NCBI GenBank assembly: GCA_032718475.1 | Contig: JAUCBJ010006848.1 | Coordinates: 1 to 64,000, forward strand | DNA from: Nemertoderma westbladi | Lineage: Eukaryota; Animalia; Xenacoelomorpha | Reading direction: 5' to 3' | Length of the DNA stretch: 64,000 bases | In this document: positions 36,901 to 47,049 of the stretch, in pieces | Position numbering within the stretch: position 1 is the first letter of the stretch | Layout of the letters: every line of letters starts with the position of its first letter | The notes under the pieces: model-generated | The model's input: the letters and a program-made list of their open reading frames with translations, nothing else | Told to the model about the DNA's origin: nothing | The model's database searches: none | Program-made: the position numbers and the translations under genes

Positions 36901-37441
36901 AGGACCCGATTTCCTACAGCGACCATCAGACGAATGGCCACCGTTATTCGACGCGACAACCAACACCATACCAGAGGGTGCCGAGATAAAACTCGACAAG
37001 GTTGTCAAGTCTAAAGCGAAAGCCAACGCCAAGGTCAAGAGGAAAAAAGGACGGACGAAATCTGATGACCTGGACGCCAGACCTGACATTACGCCAGACG
37101 TCTCACCAGACATTCGACCAGACGCTTGTACGAATCCTTCGCCGGATGTTCCGCGGGAGATTTCACCAGACGTTTCGCCGGATTGTTCACCAGATTACTC
37201 GCCAGACTATTCACCAGAAGAGACACCAGATTGTTCTCCGGATTGTTCGCCAGATTGTTTGATGGAACTCTCGACAGAATGTCTACCGGACGTCTCACCA
37301 GACTTTCCACCAGACATCTCGACAGACTGTCCACCAGACTTTAGACCAGACTTTGAACCCGACTTTCTGACGGAAGTTACGCTAGACAGACTTTGGGACC
37401 GACGACAAGACATTTCGCGAAACGCGGAAGGGTACAGGTAA
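33908..37441 (+). CDS. pol: BEL/Pao Pol: aspartic protease, RT, RNase H (same frame as gag, open from the gag stop)
   Basis: AILDSAS (protease), YYLPHH, DVEAMFHQV, FGARDSP, FYVDD (RT), HSFSDAS, PRGEL, WTDA, NPADIASRG (RNase H region). Confidence 0.92.
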   Translation, partial: EHPDKAARCDALYKERAPREIRTFYTDCMDQSGSSDEDEEEDDTFYVHAGEEQPSITLLTQNQLKGFSVIPIKITGTQGSKRIYAILDSASSHSYVDEQVADVVTDMSQGKTAQYTVSSMHGKRAIPVTRVKLTLDTLLSKAEHSKEERSLLPVRNLTFAAMKDFSNLLGPVPEQSPEDRKYFRHLGIPECPVNYRSIAMLIGTDQFNLHQVWETRPSVITAGNPYACRTPIGWYTRAPIRSLEVSDQEDDVLSTCSLLTNTIDNSPSHSRGPIVRTALRQTRVTNAGATDTDVTDLDTTIWTSDLQLLAVDQVVLTTEDQRVVAVDDSMNEDFGRLASLPKNPKVIDPTHQASTPVVDLGRLASLPTDQKVVKPPHDNSTPTSDTGRLASLPDTLTLATAADEDVDEDHGAVQAAVDRLLPERTIQWLEQDSAEPGSYETAMSEQEKRSLNIMRDTIHQTANGHYEVGMLWRNGQPKLVNNYPLALRRLKSIRQRLLRDETAHMQYNAQLQTYLQKGYAIRMLNPEVTSDQTYYLPHHFVRHPDKPGKVRVVNDCAALYQGMSMNSELMDGPNMNNYLMGVLMRFRQRKVAFTCDVEAMFHQVKALERDRDSLRFLWYPDGNLQLPPETYQMQVRVFGARDSPNCTMYALKQTALDRRDQFDPEVVRTVERDFYVDDSLKSCDTLEGATTVAHQLQDCLAEGGFHLTKFASNEPELVNSFDPMDRSGGDLDLDLEPLQTTKVLGLSWDPNTDNFRVRVRSNDQTRPLTKRTCLSTMSRLYDPLCFISPVILHARIILRSICQARLEWDDPIPEKLAERWRDWEAQLTFLQDYTIPRVYFPLQTTFPADLELHSFSDASKNGLGVTLYLRRQVTLDSYDVSLVTSRARTMPLKYMTVPRGELQAGTISTDIVSLVQRELEANLKVTYWTDATLVLWYINNEAFEFKTFVANRRAEILDRSLKQDWHHCPGKLNPADIASRGMQPLDFCKPDNKSLWFRGPDFLQRPSDEWPPLFDATTNTIPEGAEIKLDKVVKSKAKANAKVKRKKGRTKSDDLDARPDITPDVSPDIRPDACTNPSPDVPREISPDVSPDCSPDYSPDYSPEETPDCSPDCSPDCLMELSTECLPDVSPDFPPDISTDCPPDFRPDFEPDFLTEVTLDRLWDRRQDISRNAEGYR

Positions 37442-38316
37442 AACGTTGGGGATTGATCTTCACTTGCATGGCCAGCAGAGCTGTCCATATAGAGCGAGTG
37501 ACAGACTTGACCACCAATGCCTTTATCCTAGCCTTACGGCGATTTATCGCTAGACGTGGATTGGTCAAATCCATATACTGCGACCAAGGGACAAACTTTG
37601 TGGGTGCACGGAACGAAATAACCAGAGCTTTGAGAAAGTTGGACCAAAACCAGATTTCCGAGGAACTACGTCCTCACCGTATTGTTTGGTATTTCAATAC
37701 TCCAGACAGTCCATGGAGAGGCGGCATTTGGGAAAGGCTGATTGGCTCAATAAAGACAGCTATGGCTAAAGTAGTACCGACGCAACACATCTTGACAGAC
37801 GACCAACTGACGACGTTACTAATAGAAATCGAAGCAATCTTAAATACTAGACCGATCGCTTTGATCCCAGACAATAACGACGTACAGTTTGCCTTGACAC
37901 CAGCGCACCTGCTTATGCAGGCACCGACGACATTGTTGCCCATTTCGGTACCCGTTGATAGTGACGGATACGGCAACAAGGCTTGGAAAATCACTCAATT
38001 GCTTGCAAATAAATTCTGGGAAATATGGCAGAAATATTATTTGCCCTCTATTTCAACCAGAACCTCTTGGTATCTAAATACCCGATGTTTAAGACGTGGT
38101 GACCATGTTTTATTGGCTGAAGCTAATCTGAAAAGACGGTTTTGGCTGACTGGAGTCATTTTGACCACGCACCCTACATCTGGTGTAGTGAGGACAGTTA
38201 CTGTAAGGACTATCGACGGACGTACCGTAGATAGGCCTGTACAACGTCTCGTACTCCTTGAGGAGACTAGAAACGAGACGGGAGACTACAAATCTCCACC
38301 CAATATTAGTAAATAG
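37393..38316 (+). CDS. BEL/Pao integrase core and C-terminus, frameshifted relative to pol
   Basis: KRWGLIFTCMASRAVHIE, RRFIARRG, CDQGTNF, PWRGGIWERLI, LNTRP, LTPAHLL, RPVQRL. Confidence 0.9.
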   Translation: MGPTTRHFAKRGRVQVKRWGLIFTCMASRAVHIERVTDLTTNAFILALRRFIARRGLVKSIYCDQGTNFVGARNEITRALRKLDQNQISEELRPHRIVWYFNTPDSPWRGGIWERLIGSIKTAMAKVVPTQHILTDDQLTTLLIEIEAILNTRPIALIPDNNDVQFALTPAHLLMQAPTTLLPISVPVDSDGYGNKAWKITQLLANKFWEIWQKYYLPSISTRTSWYLNTRCLRRGDHVLLAEANLKRRFWLTGVILTTHPTSGVVRTVTVRTIDGRTVDRPVQRLVLLEETRNETGDYKSPPNISK

Positions 38317-39103
38317 ATGTGGGACCTTAATTGGCCGCCACATAGACCTACTGTATTTTAGTTATTTGTATTTGTATTACTGTACGTGCATTTGTAATCC
38401 TCTTCACTGTAGATAGAGACAGCGGTGGAATTCCATTGTCTTTATACGTGAACATGGAGGGTAGTACCCTTATGTATCACATAGGAGCGGGATTGTGTGT
38501 ACAGTAGGAATGGAATTCCACTTGGAACCCACAAGTGAGACATTTTTCAATATTTATTAGACAAATCCATTTATTTGGATTTAAATTTAAGAAAAACAAT
38601 TCTCCAGTGAAAGCAAATTCTAGAATACAGCTAGATAAAAATTAAAATTGGGGAGGACAAGAGCGGATGGAAGGCTTGCGAGCCTACCGATAAATTTTTT
38701 TTGGAAAAAGAAAATCGGCCTTGTTCTACGTAGTCGTGTCTACTATTATTTAGACCGAATTAATTCTCGACTGCATTATTTTCTTTTGGGAAGTAGTTGG
38801 GAAATTAAAAGGTGAGTATTTTAGACTCACGGCTAGTTTACCCGGAATTCGTTTTTTATCGGCACATTTTTTGGATTAGGAGCCAGTGCGAAATCACGTG
38901 AACCCGAAGTCATTAGGCAAATGGGTAGGGGTTTAGAGCAAAGTTGAGCCAAAAGCCGACAAAATAAGTCTCCTCACATCTAACCTCTGTTTGTGCTTCC
39001 TCTAGTAGAAACACTATTATCAGGGATCCACGCAGGAATAGGAGCACCAGGCGCCGTTCAACTGATATGGGGCCAAAACTTTAACCTGTTTGGAGTGGAG
39101 AGT

Positions 39104-39370
39104 ATGGCTAGGAGTACAGCCAAGCTCGCTAAGTCCAAGGCGGATCCAAACATCACGCGACAGCGATTGGACGCTCATAACAAAAGAGCGGATGAGTTAC
39201 GCGCGGAGTTCAAAGCGTTGTACCCCTACGATGTGTTATGCGACGCCAGCGACGTTTGCGAGAACCCCGAGCCGATATTAGCGCGTTGCCCAAACCACCA
39301 AAGTCTGCGTTACCAAGAAGGCGGTCGTTTCATTTCCTGGTATTCTAGAACTGCAGGCAACTCGACGTAG
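39104..39370 (+). CDS. Possible small accessory ORF (88 aa from the ATG) in the 3' region of the BEL element
   Basis: GC-richer open frame (38993-39370) in an AT-rich 1.8-kb region after integrase; ATG in AGTATGG context; no recognised motif. Confidence 0.35.
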   Translation: MARSTAKLAKSKADPNITRQRLDAHNKRADELRAEFKALYPYDVLCDASDVCENPEPILARCPNHQSLRYQEGGRFISWYSRTAGNST

Positions 39371-40113
39371 GAACCACCGACAGCTCGACACCGAAGTCCG
39401 AGTCCAGTTCGATCCCACCACCCAGTCGTAATAGAGGACGTGGACGAGCCGTTCGACCAAGGATTAGGAAAGATTCGATTTCGATTTATATTTGAGCGAT
39501 TATATTTGGACTTATTTGAGTATTTATATTGGAGTTGGGTTTGGAGGAGCGAGATATGGAAAGGAAGGCTTGCGAGCCTACTGTTAGCAATTAGTGCTCA
39601 GGAGAAGATATCCAGACCAGCAGGACGAACTATTTAGATCGTCAGGAGGACACGTTAAGACTTATTTGGAAGTTATTAGCGTATTGTGTTTATTTTATAT
39701 TTGAACTGATTTAATTTGGTGGAAGTTATTAGCGCATTATGTTCATTTTATATTTGGACTGATTTAATTTGGTGAATTTATTATGTATGTTTACAATATA
39801 TAAAGATTTATCGAAAAAGAGTTACAATTATTTGTTCGATTTGTTTTGATTTATTTGTTCTGATTTGTTTAATTTGCTTACCTTGATAACCGAAAGCCTT
39901 TTTTGTATTTTAGGCACTAAAGTTAATTAGTAAATTTGTATTTGTATGTACGATCGATTGTATTTACGCCGTATCTGCAATATTAAGTATGCAATAATTA
40001 GATAGTGATTATATTTTATATTTTAGGTCCTACCAGTAGATTTAGAAGTAGTTTGTAAATATTTTATATTTCGATTGGTGAAAACAGTCTTACTTACTGT
40101 TTTCATGGAGCGG

Positions 40114-42389
40114 TGATGAATTATTTCACTATAAGATAGCATTTGTAGTTTAACTTTAGCGTAAAAACTTTCGAAAATCCGACGCATTTTGATTAAGTTA
40201 CAGTAATGTAATATGCCTATTCATATTTGTACACATAAAACCCTTAGGTACTCTCGTGGCGTAGTGGTCAGATGGTTAAGGCGTTGGTTACATTACAGAT
40301 AGGTTACAAGTTCGAATCCCGGTCGGGAAATTTGTATTTTGGGGCCATTTATTTTCGTTTGGTGCTAATTGGTGGACCAATGAGAAGCGTACAACGTAGC
40401 GAATGATGAGCCAGGCCAATCATAGGGCATAAATTATCTTATTGCTCAAATGTGAGGCAATGGAAAATTCTGTTAGGATTCCATGTCCCAGATTAGTGTA
40501 AGGGCCGGATTGCGTTGAACGATGAGCTGGGCCAATCATAGGGCACAAAACACTTTATTGCTCAAATGTGAAGCTGTGGAAAATTCTGTTTGGTTTCCAT
40601 GTGCGATATTTAGTATAAAAGGCCGGTTTGCCTTCGGTTATCACTTCTTAACCCCCTCTATTCGCTATATCTTTAGTAAATTGTTGTTAGTTTATTTGGT
40701 TTCTTGTTGAAACTTTATTTGATAAATCCTTTGTAAAACTGTAAATATACTGCAAATTCCTGAACATGTTTTCTTTTGGTCCAACTTTGGGACAGCCAAA
40801 CATCGGGAAGATGACAGCCTAGACCGTTAGGCCGTAAGCAACGCAGGGAAAAGATGTCCACAACACGCTAGCGCCCACATTGGATTGACCGCGCACCCCC
40901 TTGCCCTTCGAAATACTCCACTTGCCATGCAGCGCCCGCTTTGTGAGAAAGGTAAGACTTTGTTCGACGCCCTTGCCCGCCGTAAGACCTATAGATCAGG
41001 GTAAGCGTGACGCCGTCCTGGACGCCGCAAATTTAGGATCAAATAATTATATTCAGACAGAAACACCCCCCCCCCCCCTTGTCAGTCCTACGAACCCCTG
41101 GGTTAACCTGTACTTCCTACAGGTGCGAACTATTGCCATTCGTCAGTACGCGAGTACATAGGTACGGACAGCATATGTTCCATAATTTAGTGATTCGTAG
41201 TATTGACTCATGGTACCGGTTCGCTTTGTAGAACGTACATTAGTACCCCCCCCCCCCCCCCCCCCTGTCTGGAGTTAGCTATTTGATCAGGCAAGGAGTA
41301 TTTCTGCTACCGGCACACTGCTTGGCCTAGGGAGGTTTATTAATATCCTACCGCGCCTTGCCACGTACTGATAGGTATTGCTGCTAACTACCGCGGCAAC
41401 AAAGTTCTAGAATTAAATTAGTATACCAGATCAGCTAACGTACGGTAGCGATTAACCCCTATTTCTTATCTTACAACCAGAATCTGGTATTAGTGCCGAT
41501 CACGGGTGTAGTTACTAACACCGTGGTTGCCCATTGGGTTGTGGATAGGAAGGAGAGAGCTTTGACGTCATTTGTGAGTATAAAGTTCTACAAAACGCGA
41601 CTAGTTTATTTTAGTAGCTAGCGCACGGTATCATTTCGGTCAGAAAATCACTAAAACCTAGTAAAAGGAAATACATGAAATTGTTTTATTTGTAACACAC
41701 CCACACACACACGCCCTAAAACATATTGCCCTTAGAGTTCTACTAGCTATAGCGCACTATACATTACTTTAGGTGGAAATTATCTGTATTTGTAAAATTA
41801 GGATCTGATTTAGTTGCGGCAATAAGGAGTATTTCACTTTCGTTATTAACTGTTGTTTTCTGTCCAGCAGTATTGTTACATTTAGGCCTGACCCTTTAGA
41901 CTGATTTCGTACAGGGGGATCAGTTATCGTTACATTTAGGCACGACCTTTTAGGCTGATTTAGACAGGGGTAATCAGCATTGTTACACTAGGTCTGTTAA
42001 CCACCTAGTTCGTATATAAACCATATAAATCACACCGCGGCAAGTTACTATATTTAGGACTGTCAGTGATAGTTAGGATTCGCTGCGCGGGGATTGTTTT
42101 CCCGTGAGTTTGGTCTGTTACTGTAACTGTACATCTGCCTCACCGGTTAGAGGACAGGTATCCTTTTGTCTAGTACGTAGGCATTAGACCCGCTCACGTA
42201 CATAGAATATATACTAGGCTCTGTTCCTCGCCAGTAGTCGTTTGTGTATTGTATCTGTTTGTTTAGATATCCTGGACTGGGATTTGTTGTCAGATACTGT
42301 ACGAGCCCGTATACATTACTAGAGTCTCATAGTAAGATACATCGTTACTAGGATCTGGTTGGTAAGCGGTATACTACTGGACCCTTACA
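40114..42389 (+). repeat. 3' LTR (2276 bp)
   Basis: Direct repeat of 27207-29469 followed by the TSD AATTG. Confidence 0.95.
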
Positions 42390-43118
42390 AATTGACTAAG
42401 CCTAAAGTAGGAGCTGTATTGAATGTTAACCAATTTAATATATAAATTACTACAATATTATATAATTCAACAAAATCCTATTAAAAATATTGCAAGTAAC
42501 CAGGAAATTTAATATGTAGTGTGTATAATAATTATCTATATACTATGTATAGTAGTAATATGTATATCAATATGTAATGCTGAACACAGAATACAGGTCG
42601 ACGCATGTCGATTTTACCCTGGAGAGGTATAATTTTGATTGCAACAATAATATTCATCCCCATCTGCTACAATTTGAAGAAGACTATTACATAATAATAC
42701 CTATAATTAAAACAATTAATTATTATAATTCTATAGTTAATAAAAACAGTATATCATTCCGGGGATGGAATTTATAGGTCATCTAATATAATTAATTGTT
42801 TAAAGATTAGCAAACAATACGATGTAATTGCATTGATAAAACCCATAAATAAAACTTGGATATAAAATTTAAAATCGGGATGCAAAATATCACTTTCTGA
42901 GCTACGATTGGAAAATTGGATACAACTTATCTGGATACAAGCGGTCCGTTTACCTTACAAAATGAAAAATACGAATGTGCGAAGTTAAGAACAGTCGGGG
43001 GGGAAGTGTCCGCGGGGGGGAAGTGTCTGGGGGGGAAGTGTCCGGGGGGGAAGTGTCCTACTTGAGCGGGGGGGAACTGTCCGGGGGGGAAGTGTCCGGG
43101 GGGAAGTGTCCGAACACC

Positions 43119-43288
43119 AACATTCTTTCTCATCTCGTGCAGTCAGATTATGGAATAATCTCCCTTCTTCAGTAGTTGATTCTTGTAACCTGAACATATT
43201 TTCACGCAAGTTGCTGGCGATCGACTTTTTGGAACACTGTAATTTTACACGACCCCCTGACAATCCATTATTTTTAGCACAACAGTGA
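43119..43288 (+). pseudogene. LINE ORF2 C-terminus, continuation after the insertion
   Basis: HSFSSRAVRLWNNLPSSVV continues ...RLDISKHS at 26700; typical CR1 C-terminal motif. Confidence 0.9.
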
Positions 43289-44859
43289 CAAATATCTTTT
43301 TTGTCATTTTTTTTATTGTTTTAGTTTTTCGTCTCGTTTTTCTTTTTATAAGTCTCAATTTTATTAGAAATTTAAAATATTATAGCAATTTGTAAAGTGT
43401 ACTGTATGTGCATTACAGTATATTTTATGTTCACTTTATAGTACCCAAACTCCCGTAAGTGCCTTGAGCCTGGGCAGTTTCCCTCCCTCGACCTTTTGTG
43501 TATTCTTTGTTCTGTATGTATGTTTCTATGTTATGTGTATTTCACATATTTTAATATCGAGTTTTTAAATAAAAAAAATAAATAAATAAATAAGTTGACA
43601 ATCTGATCACCGACTAGCTCTTGCCTTATTGTTTGAGATGGCCGTAATCTGTAGGGAGGGATGACTTGTGACGGTGGTGGTGCGATTTGAGACAAACTTT
43701 TCAATATAATATATACCGGTATATATGGGTCAATGCCAACCATATTGACCAATGTCCCGTACGTGATTTTTGAAATTTGTTGAATTTTTAAATTAACTTT
43801 GAGAATTTGCCATAGTGATGGTTAGACAGAGCGATAATTTCTGCATATGAAACCAGAAAGTCTGTTTATTGTCTGCAGTGCGACCTGATTATGGTTATCT
43901 TATATAATCACAGGACGATGAAAGATAAATATCTAATATTATTAAAAATATGTTATTATCTTAAAAACATCCACTTATGAATTAAAATTAAATTAATATA
44001 ATATTCCATAGTAAATTTGAAATCATGTAGCATAAAATGCTACTACTACTGTAATACTTTATAGTTACTGCAATGTTATAATTATTGTTAGTATAGCAAT
44101 ATTGAATTAATCTTATATTATATAAGTAATTATAATATAATCTAATACCGGTGTCAGGAATTCTTAGCCCGCGAGTATTCTTAACCCGTGGGTATTCTTA
44201 GCCTGCAAAACAATAACGTTTGTTGTTTTGGTTTCCCCAATACGCCTCTGAAATCTGATCATTTACTAACCAACTTGACTAATCCAAGCTATACATTCGC
44301 TAAGCTCATGGGTCATGTTTGAGTTCCGCTTTTCGAATTGCTGGCCGACTGGATTTATTGGGTTTATTTGATAAAATGGTTCGATTTCAACCACATAATA
44401 CTTTTATTATAACCTATAATACAGTAGATAGAACAACGACTAGGCAGGAGTAGCTACCATTGTATTCCAATTATCATTTTAGATTACATGTTATGATTAT
44501 ATGATATAATTGCCGCCACTACTTTCCTAGTTACAGACAGTCTGCAGTTCCAGTGTGCTTTATGAAAGCCAATCATAATTATTTAATACCTTTTCTACAT
44601 GCTGAGTACTTGAGTAGAGAAATGGAAACAACTTTCATATTCGCTGAATGCTGCTTCCGTTGGAGAGACGAATAGGGCAAATTCATTCAAATAGTTAAAT
44701 TTTAAATTAATTATTTTTTATCATTAATATAAAACTTTAATCTGAAAATAAGTTGGAAGGGGGGCGGGGTGGGGGGGGGGGGGGGGGGGGGTGTATTGCC
44801 CCCAATGCCATCATTGTTTTAAATAATAATAATATTAATAATTTTATAAAATATTAAAG

Positions 44860-45105
44860 TAGCGGTAAAGATTCAGCTTCTTAGATGCTTCTTACTCGTT
44901 TAGCGGTAAAGATTCAGCTTCTTAGATGCTTCTTACTCGTTTAGCGGTAAAGATTCAGCTTCTTAGATGCTTCTTACTCGTTTAGCGGTAAAGATTCTGC
45001 TTCTTAGATGCTTCTTACTCGTTTAGCGGTAAAGATTCAGCTTCTTAGATGCTTCTTACTCGTTTAGCGGTAAAGATTCAGCTTCTTAGATGCTTCTTAC
45101 TCGTT
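44860..45105. repeat. 41-bp tandem repeat x6
   Basis: TAGCGGTAAAGATTCAGCTTCTTAGATGCTTCTTACTCGTT at 44860, 44901, 44942, 44983, 45024 and 45065; single copy in the paralogue at ~9872. Confidence 0.95.
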
Positions 45106-45317
45106 TTATTGTAAACTTTGCGTTTGTTAGGCAGTAAAATATAAGAGTAATCAGTTCGTAATTTATATCAATTATTTAGCGGACTACTGAATGACAAGTT
45201 TGCACAATTACAAAGTATCATTATACAATATTGCGCCACTCAGAGCCTTCTCCTACACAGATGTTGTAAAAATCATCAATAGAAATAAATAAAATAGAAA
45301 TAGAAATATAGAAATAT

Positions 45318-45753
45318 TGTTATGGACATAAGTTATATATATTAACGGACATAAACGTTATACAGATAAATGCCATACTACAGTAACATAATGACTTCAG
45401 ACTTGTCTTAATGTACCGGTACAGTACTAAAATCAATAGCATGTAGTACGTACTTACTGCTTATTAATGCAGTACTTAGGACTACAGGATTATTTGTCAT
45501 AATGTACATACTGACTACTTAGGATTGTCTGTCTTAATGTACCCAGGACGCTGTGAACCAGTGGCCTAACTTTACAAGTTTTTTACCAGCTTATTATACG
45601 ATGTTAATGTAACGAAGGAATTTAATGTAAATGTTATCGGAAGTTAGCAAACTCGGTCATGTTTTTCCTACGGTGTATGTTATTGTGTAATGGCTGCGTT
45701 ATACGCCTGAAATACCAGCTGGCTATAGTAATAGGGCTGCGTTGCTCAGGACA
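45318..45753. mobile_element. Solo LTR (436 bp)
   Basis: TGT...ACA termini, 5-bp TSD AATAT (45313-45317, 45754-45758); absent from the paralogue at ~10120. Confidence 0.85.
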
Positions 45754-45814
45754 AATATACAATGATCTATATTACTCTGTGTACAATCACTAACTACAAC
45801 TACAGTACTAGGGC

Positions 45815-46340
45815 CTACTATAATCGATCTGCTGTATTGAAACTGCACATAAAGATGCTATGCTGGATTAACAAAAATATTTTGCCACCACCATGAGATC
45901 CACAATAGACATCTCCCACCCCAATGTAGCGTGCTTTAAGAATGCTATGCCGGCTTATCAACAAAGTTGCTCCGCCACAACACCCTAGCCCCCATGACTT
46001 TCGCGAGATTATCCTCATCTTCAAGGCCATTTTTCTTTATGAGGCGTCTCAAGAAAATCATGGGCTGTCCACCATGTTTAATGTCTCTATGAGGCCGCCA
46101 AAGCACAAGATTTCGCACAGGCTGGTCCTTACAGCGAACACAATGTCCTGCAAAGCGGAGGCGGCTTCGTTCTAGTGTCAAGCTTGGAGGGACCAATGAG
46201 ACACCTGCAATGTTCTATCTATAGTATCTGGTTGGATATGTGTGCGCATCGTACTCTATACAGTGAACCCGAGGTAGCATTCTCGTATTGTATTGTATAG
46301 AAATTTAATTTCTTGTGAATGTGCCATCCAGAGATTTAAG
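45815..46340 (-). mobile_element. Degraded RTE-clade LINE 3' part
   Basis: ORF 45945..46196 includes RLRFAGHCVRCKDQPVRNLVLWRP. Confidence 0.8.
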
Positions 46341-46727
46341 TTTAAATATGAAGCGAGTATGAAAGATGTCGTTCGCGGCGAATACATATTAAAATCGAGT
46401 TATACTGGCGTGTTTACGTGTTTGCGTGTTTACGTCTTAATTTAGAAAGCTCAATTTAATTTAATTATTAAAAAAATGTAAAATATTAAAATATAATAAA
46501 GAAATATCTTCCTTGTTTATAAAAAATCTTCATGATTTTTTATAAGGATTGACAGAATACGTCGGAAACCTAAGTTCCGATTACTTAGAGCAGCAGTAGT
46601 TCCAATACTCCTCTATGGGAGTCCATGCTGTGCTCTAACTGCTGAGGACACCAAATCTCTGGATCGAGTTATATTGGTGTTGTAAGGGTCTAACTAAGCT
46701 ACGATTCTAAGTAAAACAAATTCATTT

Positions 46728-46771
46728 AATCATAAGGCCATTTCATGTATTAACACACGTCTTCAGTGATA
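46728..46771 (-). ncRNA. Minimal type I hammerhead ribozyme motif, inverted copy
   Basis: Minus strand TATCA CTGAAGA CGTGTGTTAATACAT GAAA TGGCCT TA TGATT. Confidence 0.55.
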
Positions 46772-47005
46772 TAAATATATATTAAAATGTTTACATAACC
46801 TCCATGTCAGCCTAATCTCTCTTTTTACCACTGCTCATAATTTTATTTATTTTAATTATTTAATAGCATCCTCGTAACCAGGCATATACTGTAAGATAGC
46901 CTCGTATTAATTAGTATCTTTTACAGTATATTATTCAATTAAATATTAACCGCGTACGTACTTATTTTAAGATGTAAATTATGTAAACATTTAAATATAT
47001 ATTTA

Positions 47006-47049
47006 TATCACTGAAGACGTGTGTTAATACACGAAATTGCCATATGATA
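47006..47049 (+). ncRNA. Minimal type I hammerhead ribozyme motif (Penelope-like)
   Basis: TATCA (stem I) CTGAAGA C GTGT-GTTAAT-ACAC (stem II) GAAA TTGCCA TA TGATA (stem I'). Confidence 0.7.

Larger units (their letters stand above)
27207..42389 (+). mobile_element. BEL/Pao LTR retrotransposon, both LTRs present, recent insertion
   Basis: TG...CA LTRs, 5-bp TSD AATTG (27202-27206, 42390-42394), purine tract GGAGCGG before the 3' LTR, gag-PR-RT-RH-IN order with Pao-type motifs. Confidence 0.95.
26701..43118. mobile_element. Non-autonomous TIR DNA transposon (MULE- or Merlin-like, ~1.2 kb without the nested LTR element)
   Basis: 8-bp TSD AACATTCT at 26693-26700 and 43119-43126; GG...CC termini; inverted arrays of GGACACTTCCCCCCC at 26708-26821 and ~42996-43111; internal 36-bp GC hairpin repeats at ~26995-27128. 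Superfamily is inferred from TSD length and termini only. Confidence 0.8.
23609..43589 (+). mobile_element. 5'-truncated CR1-type LINE interrupted by a 16.4-kb insertion
   Basis: TSD ATAAGTT at 23602-23608 and 43590-43596; (TAAA)n tail; ORF1 C-terminal remnant 23671-24006; APE endonuclease and RT motifs; ORF2 resumes after 43118. Confidence 0.92.

Noticed and set aside
30347-38343. Many antisense and alternate-frame ORFs over gag/pol
   Set aside because: Expected shadows of GC-richer coding sequence; no independent motifs.
31156-39582. The 20-nt palindromic repeats as a CRISPR array
   Set aside because: Spacing is irregular (78 bp to over 3 kb) and copies sit inside gag/pol coding sequence; reported as a cis-element instead.
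38993-39637. env gene of the BEL element
   Set aside because: Too short, with no signal peptide, fusion peptide or transmembrane segment.
931-44792. Numerous long poly-G/poly-C runs as a dedicated G-quadruplex system
   Set aside because: They lie inside repeat families and vary in length between paralogues and between the two LTRs, consistent with slippage or base-calling variation.
44860-45105. CRISPR-like appearance of the 41-bp array (also the 53-bp array at 21875-22050)
   Set aside because: Units are contiguous with no unique spacers, there are no cas genes, and the context is eukaryotic.
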